A stretch of DNA of 64,000 nt from Octopus bimaculoides (Eukaryota), in contig NC_068988.1 in the NCBI RefSeq assembly GCF_001194135.2, positions 97,191,861-97,255,860 on the forward strand, in the 5' to 3' direction. The notes beneath the pieces were generated by a model, which was given only the letters and a program-made list of their open reading frames with translations, searched no databases and was not told the origin of the DNA. Shown here piece by piece: positions 39,930 to 51,980 of this stretch (its first letter is position 1; the number at the start of each line of letters is the position of its first letter). Both the position numbers and the translations under genes were made by a program.

Positions 39930-40330
39930 TAAGCCGGACCCTTTAATACTCTTTTCTTATTTCCTTCTCCATTCTTGTTTGTTGTATCATCAGTTTTATC
40001 CGCTCCTAAGCGTTTGCATAGGTGACTCGGTTCTGATTCGTTGATTTAAATATCTGAATCTAATGTATATTATTCCCAATTTTAATTAATGTATCTCTTC
40101 TTATAATAGCTTTGACACATTTTTGCACTCTCATACCCATTTTTATGAGCAACTTATATAGATTCACCAGCCGATTATTGTCCTCTGTAAATATCTTTAA
40201 GCCATATACATAAAGGAGATGTTTCATAATTCTTCCACACCGTTTATAACTATTGGGGCATTCGTCTATAAAAATGTGTTAATGGGGTCAGAGTTCGGCT
40301 AAAATGTGCTGGGAACAAAATGTCACTCTT
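39930..40330 (-). mobile_element. Dong/R4-like RT fragment, highly degenerate
   Basis: Minus strand KHLLYVYGLKIFTE...MGMRVQKCVKAII, a decayed HLLYMDDLKLY...GM....KC motif. Confidence 0.5.
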
Positions 40331-41317
40331 AAAATGTCAGCTTCTTCTGGATGGTCTGAAGTTGGTCTTAATCATCTCTTTACGTTGTTCTTATAGCATT
40401 GCTGGTTGATGTACTGAGTTAGTATCACAGCTGCCTTATTTACATGAGTGTCTTCAGTACCTTGGTGCTCCTGACAGTCGCACTTGTAATCCTCTGACTC
40501 TAATTCTGAGACACAAATGTATAGAAAGACCTGTGATTCAAGAAGTCTACCATGACTTTGCCTTTTTGGCACTGTATTTCCAGTCCCGAAGCCATACAGA
40601 TGTTCTTATAGGCCCAACCACACTCAAGGAGAGGGAATTCTCCCATATTCCGAACAAGGTCATCTCCGGTTGATGTTTTCGGAGCAACTGAAAGCCTCAC
40701 TTACCTTTTTAATGTTAAGATTAAATGTGTTTTCTGGTTATTTAGATACATTGTTCGAGCAAACAGGTGTATTTTAAAATTGCTCTTTTTTCCTATATTT
40801 TCCCCATGCCTGAGGCCTCCATCTAACTTTTCTCGCAAGAAAAGTGTTGTTGCTGTTATTGTTAGCCATATAGTTTAAGATGTTACTATATTCGGTTAAA
40901 ATATATATAAAAAAAAAGTCATTATCTTGATTCGTTCGTCGAATTAAAATCTACTGGTTTTGCTTTTGTCTATAGTACTTTTCTTCTCTTTGTATGTACA
41001 TGCGAATGGCGTACGCGTGTTTGAGTGAACATTCTTTTCATTACGATGTAGGCGGACCTTGTCATTATAGTATAAGTTATGTTTAAAACAAATAAATAAA
41101 CAAAAAGTAAAAACCCCAACGAGAAAACACCATGACTAAAGATTAATCTTGTTTGTTATTTCAGTATGAGATTTACCCAAACGCGTTCAAAATGTCCTGT
41201 TTGTAAATAAACCAAGTGGAGACATAGATTTTCATTTACTTTGACTTGTCAAACATCCAAAGTCATTAAACCTTTCATAGACACTTTGCATGGGGGTGAT
41301 AATAATAAAAATGTTGA

Positions 41318-41445
41318 CGGAAACTTGAAACGAGGGAGACTGAAACGCTAATTATAACCGCTCAAGAACAAACTCTTAGAACAAATCTGATAGAGACAAA
41401 GATTGACAAAACTTAGTCAGACAGCAAATGTAGAATCTGCAGGAT
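41318..41445 (+). mobile_element. Dong/R4-like fragment leading into the CCHC zinc knuckle
   Basis: LKRETETLIITAQEQTLRTNLIETKIDKT*SDSKCRICR matches the ETE..I.AAQ.Q.L.T....KI......CR.C motif. Confidence 0.8.
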
Positions 41446-42009
41446 TACTGTATGCGACCTGACTGGTCTAATGCAGTTTGTCCGTGTCCAAATTGGCATA
41501 CAGGAAATATATCCAGTGCTGTTAATGCTTATTTTGACTCAGATATCATTCCGTAGTTTAAGTTGCTTGAATTGTAACACCCGCATACCCGTCGTGACAC
41601 GTTGCATAATGTTTTAGATATTTCACCAAACGTATCCATATTAAACTAGTGCCTAAATATAAAAAAAAACTTATAAACTCATTTGTTTATATGTAATTGA
41701 AATCCATCTAACATTAGCCCAGGGTAACCACTAGTCTACTGTCTTAAATTTATCTCTTTTGTCGGTCCTATAACAGTGTATCTCCTCTAAACGAATAGAT
41801 CGTCTGCAAAATCGCCCAAATCCATTCATTGCACCTACCTATAATCTTTTCATTCTTATTATTATATTTATTAAAATATTACCTGGTCATCTCCAGAAGT
41901 GCAACTTTCTGAAACCCGTTTCCCTTACTCACGTGTTTCTTCCAAATATCGATCTATCTCTTCTGAAATTCAGAGTCAACTACATCTGCTTCACTAAAAC
42001 TGATGAGGC

Positions 42010-42090
42010 CTGCAAGATCTATAAACACAGTGCACATACTCGTTTTGTTTTCTATATATTGTACGATATCGTATTTTAGGGAGAAGGAAA
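42010..42090 (-). mobile_element. Short CR1/L2-like RT fragment
   Basis: IENKTSMCTVFIDL resembles the (V/A)F(I/L)DL.KAFD motif, but KAFD is absent. Confidence 0.35.
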
Positions 42091-42284
42091 TGGTATTAAA
42101 AGTAAGATAAAGTGAAATATATGGACTAGTAGGGGACTTGGTGGATTGTGAATAAAGGTGGAAAATGTGACTAAATGTTCTAAACGAGCATAAAAATAGA
42201 TTCCAAAAAAAAAGGAGAAAGAGAATTATAGAAAACAATGAAATCTAAAGGGAAGATACAGATAATGTAATAGCAAAAGAGAAA

Positions 42285-42330
<46 letters not shown>

Positions 42331-43134
42331 AGAGAGAGATGTCGAACATGCAGTAGAAATGGCTTAGATATAAATTACCAAATAAAAAAGTTCCAGATAC
42401 AGTCCAAATTCTTTATCTTTCATGTTTATGAAAATAAAAGATATAAGTAAATAAAACAATAGCAAAAACAAAACAACAACACTAAAAGTAACAACAACAA
42501 CAGCTATCACAACAACCATACACAGCCACAACAACGACAAACGAGATCAAGTCGTAAGTATTCTTCCACATTTTCTAGCAAAATGGTTTTTTGCTTAAAG
42601 TCAGTTTATCGTCAAAATAAAGATGAGATAAGAAAATAAGTTGAGTTGCCTTTCAAAACAGTCGGTATTTATCTTCAACAAACCTTTTCACTGAGTCTGC
42701 CGCCATGTTTTCGTTAAAATTAATATCAATATTGTCCTTCGCTCCCCCTCTAAATTTTCTTAAATTTGAATTGCCAAACCAAAGGGAAAACTTTTCAAGA
42801 ATATCTAGATTTTTGTTCAGTCTTCTTCACAGCTGGGATTCATTTAAGAAGTTCACGATAAATGCCACCGTATTGTGGCAGATTTTTTTTTCCTTTAGAG
42901 CTTGTTCCTTCGACAGAAATGAATTTAAGAGTATATATATTTATATAAAGAAGCATGCCTCATTTAAATAGTTTTAGTTGAGGTTTGTAATTTATTTACT
43001 TTTGTGTGGGGTAGGTGTTCACTCTATTAACATATCTATATTTGTTTCAGGTGGTAAAATTGAAATGCGCTCAAAGAGTGAGACAGAGAGAGTAAAAGAG
43101 ATAGAAAGAGAAAGAAATTATTACACAAAAAGAG

Positions 43135-43172
<38 letters not shown>

Positions 43173-43381
43173 AGAGAGAGAGAGAGAGAGAGAGAGAGTA
43201 CTATTAAGTGAGAAAGAAATGTTTTGCTTGTTTAATACGTTGACCTTTAATATAAACTACGACTTTCATTCTGCTCTGAGACAGATAATTTTGGTTATTG
43301 TTTAAGGTGATGTATGAAGTAGGGAAGTATTCTCTAAATGAACTCTTATGAATAATAGCAATACAAGAACTATAAGAAAAA

Positions 43382-43927
43382 TTATTGATTTCAAATTTTG
43401 ACACAAGGCCAATGCTCAACTGGTACTTATTTTATCGACCCTGAAAGAATGAAAAGCAAAGTCGACCTCGGCGAAATTGATCTCAGAACATAAAAACGGA
43501 CGAAATGACGCTAAACATTTTGCCCGTCATGCTAAAAAAACAGCTATGACAGTAATTATTGATTTCAAACATAAGTTATGACTACACATAATGGGAAGCT
43601 AAAATCAGTTATATGATTTATAAAGGACATTTGACAGATAGTTTATTTTATTGGCCCCCGGACAAATAAAAGACAAAGCATTTTGCCAGGCGTGCTAACG
43701 GTTCTGCCAGCTCGCTGCCTTAGATTTGTAAAATATTGGTTTCAAATTTTGGCACAAGGCCAGCAATTTTAGGGAAGGGTATAAGTCGATAGTAGTTATT
43801 TTATCGACCCCGAAAAGATGAAAGGTAATGTCGACCTCTGCGGAATTTGAACTCAGAACGTAAAGACGGACTAAAACCTGCTAAGCATTTTGTACGGCGT
43901 GCTAACGAGTCTGTCACCTCACCGTCT
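43382..43927 (-). mobile_element. Stack of family A SINE copies (partial 43382-43535, head fragment 43650-43720, full 43738-43927)
   Basis: Repeated ATCGACCC...AAAGTCGACCTC.GCGGAATTTGAACTCAGAAC and CTGCCAGCTCGC.GCC motifs. Confidence 0.85.
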
Positions 43928-44208
43928 TAGGCTTGTAAAATATTAGCAATGTAAGAACTACGTCAATAAAACGTAATTCATAAAATTGACACGTGTAGTG
44001 AAGCAGGATAAAGTGAATTACAACCGTCACGGTACATGACTGGTTCTTGTTTCATTGAGGAGTCTGAAGGGCAAACGTAGACATTGTGTGATTTGAACTT
44101 ATAAAGTGAAGAGAAGCATTTGTGAACTGCAATACATTTCTTTCGGAGCACTACCAGTTCTGTCACATATCGTCTTAACTATTGAGAATTTTAATATTCA
44201 TATTAATC

Positions 44209-44700
44209 AGGCGATGAGCTAGCAGAAAATTTGAAACTAATTTTAAAGTTATTAAGGTGGCGAATTGGCAGAATCGTTAACCCGCTGTACAAAATACTTA
44301 GCAGCATTTTTTCCCTCTTCACGTTCTGAGTTTAAATTCCGCCAAGGTAGGCTTTGTCATTCATCCTTTTGGGGTCGATAGAATAAATAATAGTTGTATA
44401 CTGGGTTCGATGTAAACGACTAACCCCCTTCCACGAAATTACTGGCTTAGTGCCAAAACTTTAAACCCATATTAAAGTTATTAGGGCAGCGAGCTGGCAG
44501 AATTATTAGCACGTCCGGCAAAACGCTTAGCAGCATTTTGTCCGTCTTTATGTTCTGAGCTCAAATCCCGTTGAGGTCGACTTTTCCTTTCATCTTTCCA
44601 GGGTCAATAAAATAAGTACCAGTTGAACACTGAGGTTGAAGTAATCGATATACACTCCCTCCCCCGAAATTGCTGGCCTAGTGCCTAAATTTGAAACCAA
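44209..44700 (+). mobile_element. Stack of family A SINE copies (collapsed 44209-44240, full 44255-44470, full 44484-44700)
   Basis: Heads GGCGATGAGCTAGCAGAA, GGTGGCGAATTGGCAGAA and GGCAGCGAGCTGGCAGAA. Tails end in TTT(G/A)AAAC. Confidence 0.9.
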
Positions 44701-44893
44701 TATTCATGTTAATCGTTTGTGCCAAATATTACTTATTGAACGCCAGTATATGAAATAAACACTGAAGCGAAGGCTAGGAGTCTCGTAGTCTCTATTTAAG
44801 TCATTATATTCTTTGTTGAAATCCTGCGGCAGAGTTCTCTGAACTGTGAGAACGCACAAGCATTTCGAAACAGGCGCACGCACACACACACAG

Positions 44894-45206
44894 CTGGCAT
44901 TTCGTCGGTTACGACGTCGAGGATTCCAGTTGATTCGATCATAGGGAACAGCCTGCGCGTGGCTGAGCACTTCATAGACACGCGTACCCTTGCGTACCTT
45001 TAATGTAGTTCTCAGTGAGATACAGAGCGACATATAATGTGACAAGGCTGGTCCTTCGAATTGTAGGCACTGCTCATGTTTGCCGGTTGAGTGGACTGGA
45101 GCAACATGAATAAAAGTGTTTTGCTCAAGGACAGAACGCACCACCGGAAACCGAACTCATGACTTACGATCGTAAGTCGAATACTCTAAGCATTAAGCTA
45201 CGCGTG
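44894..45206 (-). mobile_element. Family B1 SINE
   Basis: Body matches 36619-36942. tRNA-like head at the right end (GAGTTCGGTTTCC B-box-like on the minus strand). Confidence 0.85.
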
Positions 45207-46002
45207 CGCACGCACACACACACACAAGGTACGAATGTTCCCGCAATGTATTAATAAAAGGTTAGATTTATAAAATAAAATAGTAATTAATAATTAAACT
45301 TATAATAGATCCAATACACAGAAGCTTTAGTGACATAAGAAAATAAAATTGCATAACAATACTTTTGCGCGTGCTGGCGTCTGAAAATTGAAAAGAACAC
45401 TGTAATAGTGTCTTTTGCAATTTCATGGTCGATAAAATTAAGTAGCCATAAGAACGAGGGGCAATTAAAATGAGTTTAAGTTTCCGCTACACATTCGTGG
45501 CCTTGTGGTTAAGCTAAGAATGATTATAATTTATTGAAAGTGTTGGATAGGAGAACAAGTAGAGAATCGTTTAAGCTGTATGTAAGTCTCGTCACAATCT
45601 ACAATATAAGCTTCTCTGTTCATCTTTCTGCTGGTGGTGAGGGTAGGTGGCAATAAAATTATTTCTAATCAAGTACTATGATCGATTTCATTAATCGTGC
45701 CCCGCTTTCCTTAAACTTTTGACACTGTGTCAAATCTTATAAATCAACATAGAATACAATTTTTTTTAGTTCCGAGTTCAAATTCCACACAGGTCGACAA
45801 CCATTCATTCGTGGTCAATACAACATGTACAAGTAATACTATGGAAGTTACTAAGTAATTTATGCTTATTACATGTAAATTTAGACAATATGAGGACATT
45901 TATAAATTATTAATAGTAAAAAAGAAATGGTGAATATTACTTTTATGAAATGGATATAATACACATTGTTGAATGTGTGTACATCACACACACATATTGA
46001 AT

Positions 46003-46191
46003 AATGATTTCAAATTTTGGCACAAGGCCAGCAGTTTTGGGGGGAGGGGCAGAGATTACATCAACCTCGGTGTTCAACTGGTACTTATTTTACCGATACG
46101 GAAAGGATAGAAGACAAATTTGACCCCGGTGGAATTTGAACTGAGAACGTAAAGACTGCTAGGTTGCTAACGATTCTGCTAACTCGCCGCC
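46003..46191 (-). mobile_element. Family A SINE (internal deletion)
   Basis: CAAATTTTGGCACAAGGCCAGC...GGAATTTGAACTGAGAAC...CTAACTCGCCGCC. Confidence 0.85.
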
Positions 46192-47230
46192 TAGCAAATA
46201 GTGAATAATAATTGTGTGAAATGAAGAAAATATATTCTTGAATGAATATACGTTTGCATGCAGATATATATATATATGTGTGGGTGTGAGTCGGTTTGTT
46301 ATGAGAGAGGGAGAAAGAGAGATGGTAGGGAAGAAAGAGAATGAGAGAGACTCACAGACAGAGTGGAAGGCGGAGAGCGAGAGAAGCTTAAACTAACAAC
46401 TTTCCTGACCTACAATGATTTCCGGGTCACCATTCATCTAATCTAATTACTAAAATTGTATTAAAGTCCTTCAATTTCATCTGAACACTGTTTAGATGAA
46501 AGTATCAAAAAAAATAGGGGGGGGGAGAGAACGAAAAAAAAAAGGAAAACTTCTTTCAAGATTGTTTTTATTGATCTTGTTGCTTATTTGCTATTTTACT
46601 CCCCACTCACCATTCTTAATACATTTTACAAAATTTCAAATTTTTCTATGTTATTCCAAATCTCTGGTGGATATTTCCAAATTCAAAGCAATAATTTCGT
46701 TACTGATATGTTATTCTAAGTGTTGAAAAAATAAAGAAAAGAAATATAGAAAAATAAAAGCAAAGGAACCAGCAGTTGTAGTAATTTATATAGCAGGCCA
46801 TTCCACAGAACTATATTTTACCAAAGCACTGTAACTACATCGTATGGTTTAAGAGGAGTTGTTTGACATTTCCATAAGGAAAGAAAGGAAAACATATTGA
46901 AACTGCAGCCCGTTGAAGGAGTGGCGGGACCGGTTTGTTTGTTATTAGTAAAAATCTAAGAGGGAATTATTTATATCCAAATTCAAATAAAATTTGAAAG
47001 TTGTGATATTTATGGTGTATTTAATGAAATAAAAGTGAAAATTCAGTGTTCGTAGGTTGGTCCATTACATGCAATAAAAAGAAATTGCTTATTTTTTTTT
47101 GTATGTGTGTTTTGGGTGGATACAGCTGTATTTCTGAATTGAGTATGTACTTTTCTTTCCCATCCCTTTTCGTGTGTGCGTGCGTGCGTATTCATACATT
47201 GCGTGTATTTGCTTGAAAAACTCTGTGGAG

Positions 47231-47271
<41 letters not shown>

Positions 47272-47357
47272 AATCTCACACACACATACTTTATTATATG
47301 ACTGAAATGATTATATATGTAGAATGTGAAAAAAAGAGAGAGAAATAAGGATATATG

Positions 47358-47423
<66 letters not shown>

Positions 47424-48229
47424 TAGGAAAAGAGATAAAGAGGAGATACATCAAATCGCAGACAGGTCATACTCTAATTTAAAGAAAATAAATGGAATCT
47501 GCATCAAAATCAATACTTTATATTGTGTCTTATGACCTATGATTAGTTCCCTTAGTGACATATGATTGACATCTGATTTCGAATAATAGCTTTAACCTAT
47601 ATCATAGAAAGATTAGTTTCAATTACCTTCTATAAATTGTTGTGGTAACGTTTATCTCGAGAGTGTACAACATAAGCTAATGACCAGTTAGAAGAAGATA
47701 TTCACGCAAAATCAAGACCAACTTGCCAAGTATATTTTGAAAATATCGATCTTCATTTATTCATAGTGTTGTAGTGGTTGCTCTCAATAATGTTAAGTGT
47801 AGTAGTAACGCCAGCAAGATAGAGTTGGCTTAACCTAAAACGTGAGAAAGAAACGTCTTTCCAATTCCAACAATTGAGTCTCGTATGTTCTGTAACTTAA
47901 CCTGAATCCACCCTCTCGTTGAGCACAACCACCTGGTCGGTAGTGGCCTTTAGTAGAGTCCACACAGTTGCAAGCAATCAGGACAGTTCCTCAGTTTAAG
48001 AGACAACTGCTACCTTCCCTCACACTAGTTTTGGTGGCCCTATAAAGGGTCACAGGCGCTGCCTACCTTCTTTACTGAGCAGTATGATATAAAAATAAAA
48101 TAAAAATGAAAGTATAATTTTAAATTAAGCAAAATATTTTCTAATTGGAACGATTGAGTCGTATAAACAAAGTTTTAATTAGTCTTTTACTCTTATTTTT
48201 GTTTCATATTCTATGGATGTATGTATAAT

Positions 48230-48385
48230 GATGGTTTCAAATTTTGGTACATGGCTAGCAATTTTGGAGGAATTCAAGTGGTACCTATTTTATCGACCCT
48301 GAAAGGACGAAAGTCCACCTCGGCGGAATTTGAATTCAAAACGTAAAAACGGACTAAATACCACTAAGCATTTTGTCCGACGTGT
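48230..48385 (-). mobile_element. Family A SINE, 5'-truncated
   Basis: GGTTTCAAATTTTGG...ATCGACCCTGAAAGGA...CCTCGGCGGAATTTGAATTCAAAACG. Confidence 0.8.
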
Positions 48386-48696
48386 ATTACACACTATTTC
48401 AGAGTATTAACTTGTGTATGGTGTAGTGATTCCAGTAACCAATTGGATAACTGAGGCACTAACAATGCTTCTTTTTTATGCTGTGTATCTGAAGCAAATC
48501 AACTTGCTGTACGGCATTCTTTCCTCAGCCTATGGCATAATCAGCTACTAAAACAGTTTACAATTTGTTCATTATTGATCAACCACTAACGACGGACTGT
48601 AGTTGTATATCGTATTGTCTTATTACGAAATAAAAATTAAACGATTTGCTCGCAGTCACAACATACCTGCTGATTATTAATCTAAAACAGATACTG

Positions 48697-48735
48697 ATTA
48701 CCTGAGGATGAATGAAAATCGAAACTAGTTAATAG
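48697..48735 (+). ncRNA. Degenerate Penelope-type hammerhead relic
   Basis: CTGAGGA(48702-08)-T-GA atgaaaa TC-GAAAC(48721-25)-TA-GTT, with the same palindromic ACTAGT helix III. Helix I is disrupted. Confidence 0.5.
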
Positions 48736-48884
48736 ATATTTAGAAATTACGGTGTTTAGCCCATGCTCTCATTTCTAAATTGCATTTAAAAGTGAAACTT
48801 TAGTTTTCTAATATATACGTAATGAAGAACTACATTAATATATATATGTATGTGTGTGTGTATGTATATATATGTAGCTATACA

Positions 48885-48916
<32 letters not shown>

Positions 48917-48924
48917 GTTCAAAT

Positions 48925-49140
48925 TTACAGAAAACAAAAGACGGAGATAAGTGTAGGAACGAGCAGGTGTATTAGTTTAACGTTCAAGAAGAATAGAAAA
49001 GTCTTGTGCGTTTCGAGCCTACACTCTTCGACAGAACGGATGAAGAGGAAATTAACGAAATGAACAGATAGAGAAAAACAACGGAGAGAGAAAAAAATGT
49101 ATACATCCATATACAAACTTGTTATCAGTTCAAATACGCT
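48925..49140 (-). mobile_element. Penelope-type terminal repeat fragment with hammerhead-like relic at 49001-49037
   Basis: Minus strand TTCTGTCGA-A-GAGT gtag GCTC-GAAAC-GCA. The core has a U at the A6 position and the triplet is GCA rather than NUH. Confidence 0.45.
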
Positions 49141-49178
49141 TCAGTTATATTCGAACCCGTAAGAAGGTCATTTACTGC

Positions 49179-49232
<54 letters not shown>

Positions 49233-50249
49233 TTCAATTTAAAATGAAATAGTGGTTTCTAATAATTGCACACAGTCCACGAATTTTGGGGTGTGGAAAT
49301 ACCTATTTAAAACCACTTTTCGACCACCTCGAATAGTAGCGATAAAAAGGAATGCGTACACCCACTGGGTATTCGAACTCAGAATATGCAAGGATACAAC
49401 TTTATATCCGAAGGCATGTTGACTGGTGCCTTACCGACTCTTCTGTTTACAGTGTATATATGTATATAAAATAGTATTATTACAATTCTTGAAATTCAGC
49501 TACATTAACCACGTAAATAATTTCCGTAAAGATTTTCCCCCAAGAAATAAACTACTTTCGATGAACTGATCGGTTCTATACTTCCTATCTCATGATTATT
49601 AAAATATTGATCGGAAAAGAATTTCAGATGTTAAAAGCTTTCAGTACCCAAATAAATTGTCTAGTAGTGACCTTTAGTTGAAATCGTTTTACCTCATATA
49701 CATAATAACGTACAATGATGTTAGCGATGCATATTCCCCTTGCAATATGCATGATAAGTTTTATAATAATGCGTTCTTTATCTATAAGCTTAAGAGTGAT
49801 ATTTCGGATCCAATACTTCATTACATTGAGAAGTTATAGCTCTGACACTGAGGACGTGATTAGAATGTCACAGGAAAAACATGGATTCCTCAAGCTGAGT
49901 CAACGAGCAGAAGACCGAGGGCTAGAACATGAATGAAATGGTTGGGTCGTATCCATGGTTTCTTGGGTATCCAGCAGGAAAGTGTAATGGCGGTTGCTTT
50001 TGAGCGGTCCTTATGACGAAGGTGCCTGAGGACTCAACCCCCACAACCCTTCCGGGAATAGCAGGTGGAGATGGACGGATGAATAGTAAGGGTTTATTTG
50101 TTGTTATGAAAAAGAACACAGCAAAGAATAGTTTCTGCTAATGTCTTTTATGAATAAATCATAATTAAAATCATAATTATGATATTCATTATTCAATAAA
50201 AATATTCTTGCTTTGTTAAATATGAGCTTTAATATTATAATTTTATTTG

Positions 50250-50460
50250 AATGCGGTAAGCTGGCAGAATCATAACTGCGCCGTACAAAAATGTTTCGCG
50301 GCATTTCGTTCGTTTCCGCGTTCTGGGTTCAAATTTCGCCGGGGTCGACTTTTCTTTTCACCCTTTCGGAGTCGATAAAAAAAGTACCGGTTGACAACTG
50401 GAGTCAATGCAATCGACTTACCCCCGAAACCGATGCCTTGTGCCAAAATTTGAAATCAAT
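50250..50460 (+). mobile_element. Family A SINE
   Basis: GCGGTAAGCTGGCAGAATC...GGGTTCAAATTTCGCCGGGGTCGAC...CTTGTGCCAAAATTTGAAATC. Confidence 0.9.
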
Positions 50461-51710
50461 ATTTTCTTTTACTTTACTTTAGAGGTGTCTATTTTTAGAA
50501 GTGGAAAACTCATTGTAGTAGATGACTATTTCTACACTCTTGATTCAACACGTCTTTTCTCATCTAACAGCCAAGCATAGATACTTTTCATACACGATAT
50601 GTCCCTTGCATTTGACTGACCGAAGGCAAGCTTATTCTCTATTCAAAACTAATCACAAGTCATTATGTAATTATTCGAGGATTTGGATAGGTGTCTTTAT
50701 CGTTTTTAGTCGGGCGAATTCCTGGAGCATTGAATCTAGTCGTGTTTTGCAATTTGTCCGTGGAAAAAAAAGTTATGAGATGCAAAAAGGTGAGTTTATT
50801 AACTAGTTCTAAGTGGGAATCAATAGAAAATAAGATAGGAAAAATAGATACCTAATGAGGTATCTTCATCTTGAGAGAAAGAAAATCTTTATGCAGGGAC
50901 TATTTGGAGAGTAGTCTTTCTTTCTGAAGACAGCTTAGTATATAAATGTTTTTGATTGAAGAAACAATTCCCAGATGTGTGAGAAGTAAGTACTCTATAC
51001 GTCGTTGTATGTAGCTGCTCTTCAAGACTACAATATTAATGGCCATAACAAGTGAACCCGGTCATTTTAGTACAGTGTTGACTACATGGAATATGTAGTT
51101 TCCATGACAAATTGATCAAGATGTTTAGGCCACGTGTTAAAGACCCGCTGATTTGAGTTGTATCCTTTGAGAGTATAGGGGAAGTATAATACATTTTTTA
51201 CTTTGAAATCTGTTGTGTATTCCTTTTAGTAATGTTGAATGTGACTGTGTCCTCATCTCGCATGATGTTTTGATTAATTAAAAGGGAAGCGAATGCTACG
51301 CGGGAGGTGTGTACCGAAAGTGTATATGTGTGCGCGGAATGATGGAGAAGGGTTTATAGACATGTCACTGGAATAAGATTATGTATGAGGGCAACGTAAA
51401 ATAGATTGTTATACAGTAAGAAATGAGTCACAATAATTACAAGCCTCCCCACCTCGCCGCTTCATACCATACAAGTGGTCACCGTGTAAACTCGCTGAAA
51501 AAGCATATAAAAGCCGCTTTTTTTTAACCCACAAGGATAGATCGGTAAAGCTCGAAAATATTCACTCGAAACGTGGTTTAACGTTTTGTCACAACATTAC
51601 ATTATGTGTAATGTTGTATTCTGAACCTTCTGCAGATCAAACTTATGCATTTAATGTTTCCTGTGTTGAGATATTTTAAACGATAATCGTTTATAATTAT
51701 CGCTATAAAT

Positions 51711-51980
51711 TAGTGGTTCTCTACCGGGTTATAATTATCGCTATAAATTAATGGTTCTCTACCGGGATCCTTTATGGCCTTTGAGGGCCCATGTGCAATA
51801 AATTCCTTATTCTTCTACAATGTACAAAATATTTTAATTTTTTTTATATACTCCCTGGTAATATTTACTTATAAAAATACAGTGGCATTTTTTTATATAC
51901 AACAAATGGCTATGGGAGATCCAGTAGAATAAAATAGAAACTAAAGGGGCCCATAAGAAGAATATGGCTGAGAACCAGCG
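51711..51980. mobile_element. hAT-type non-autonomous DNA transposon with 8-bp TSD CTATAAAT
   Basis: Left TAGTGGTTCTC, right GAGAACCAGCG. CTATAAAT occurs at 51703-10, 51741-48 and 51981-88. Confidence 0.75.

Noticed and set aside
50920-51410. Possible Penelope ORF remnant (minus strand)
   Set aside because: Only vague motif resemblance with many stops. Not supportable without an HMM search.
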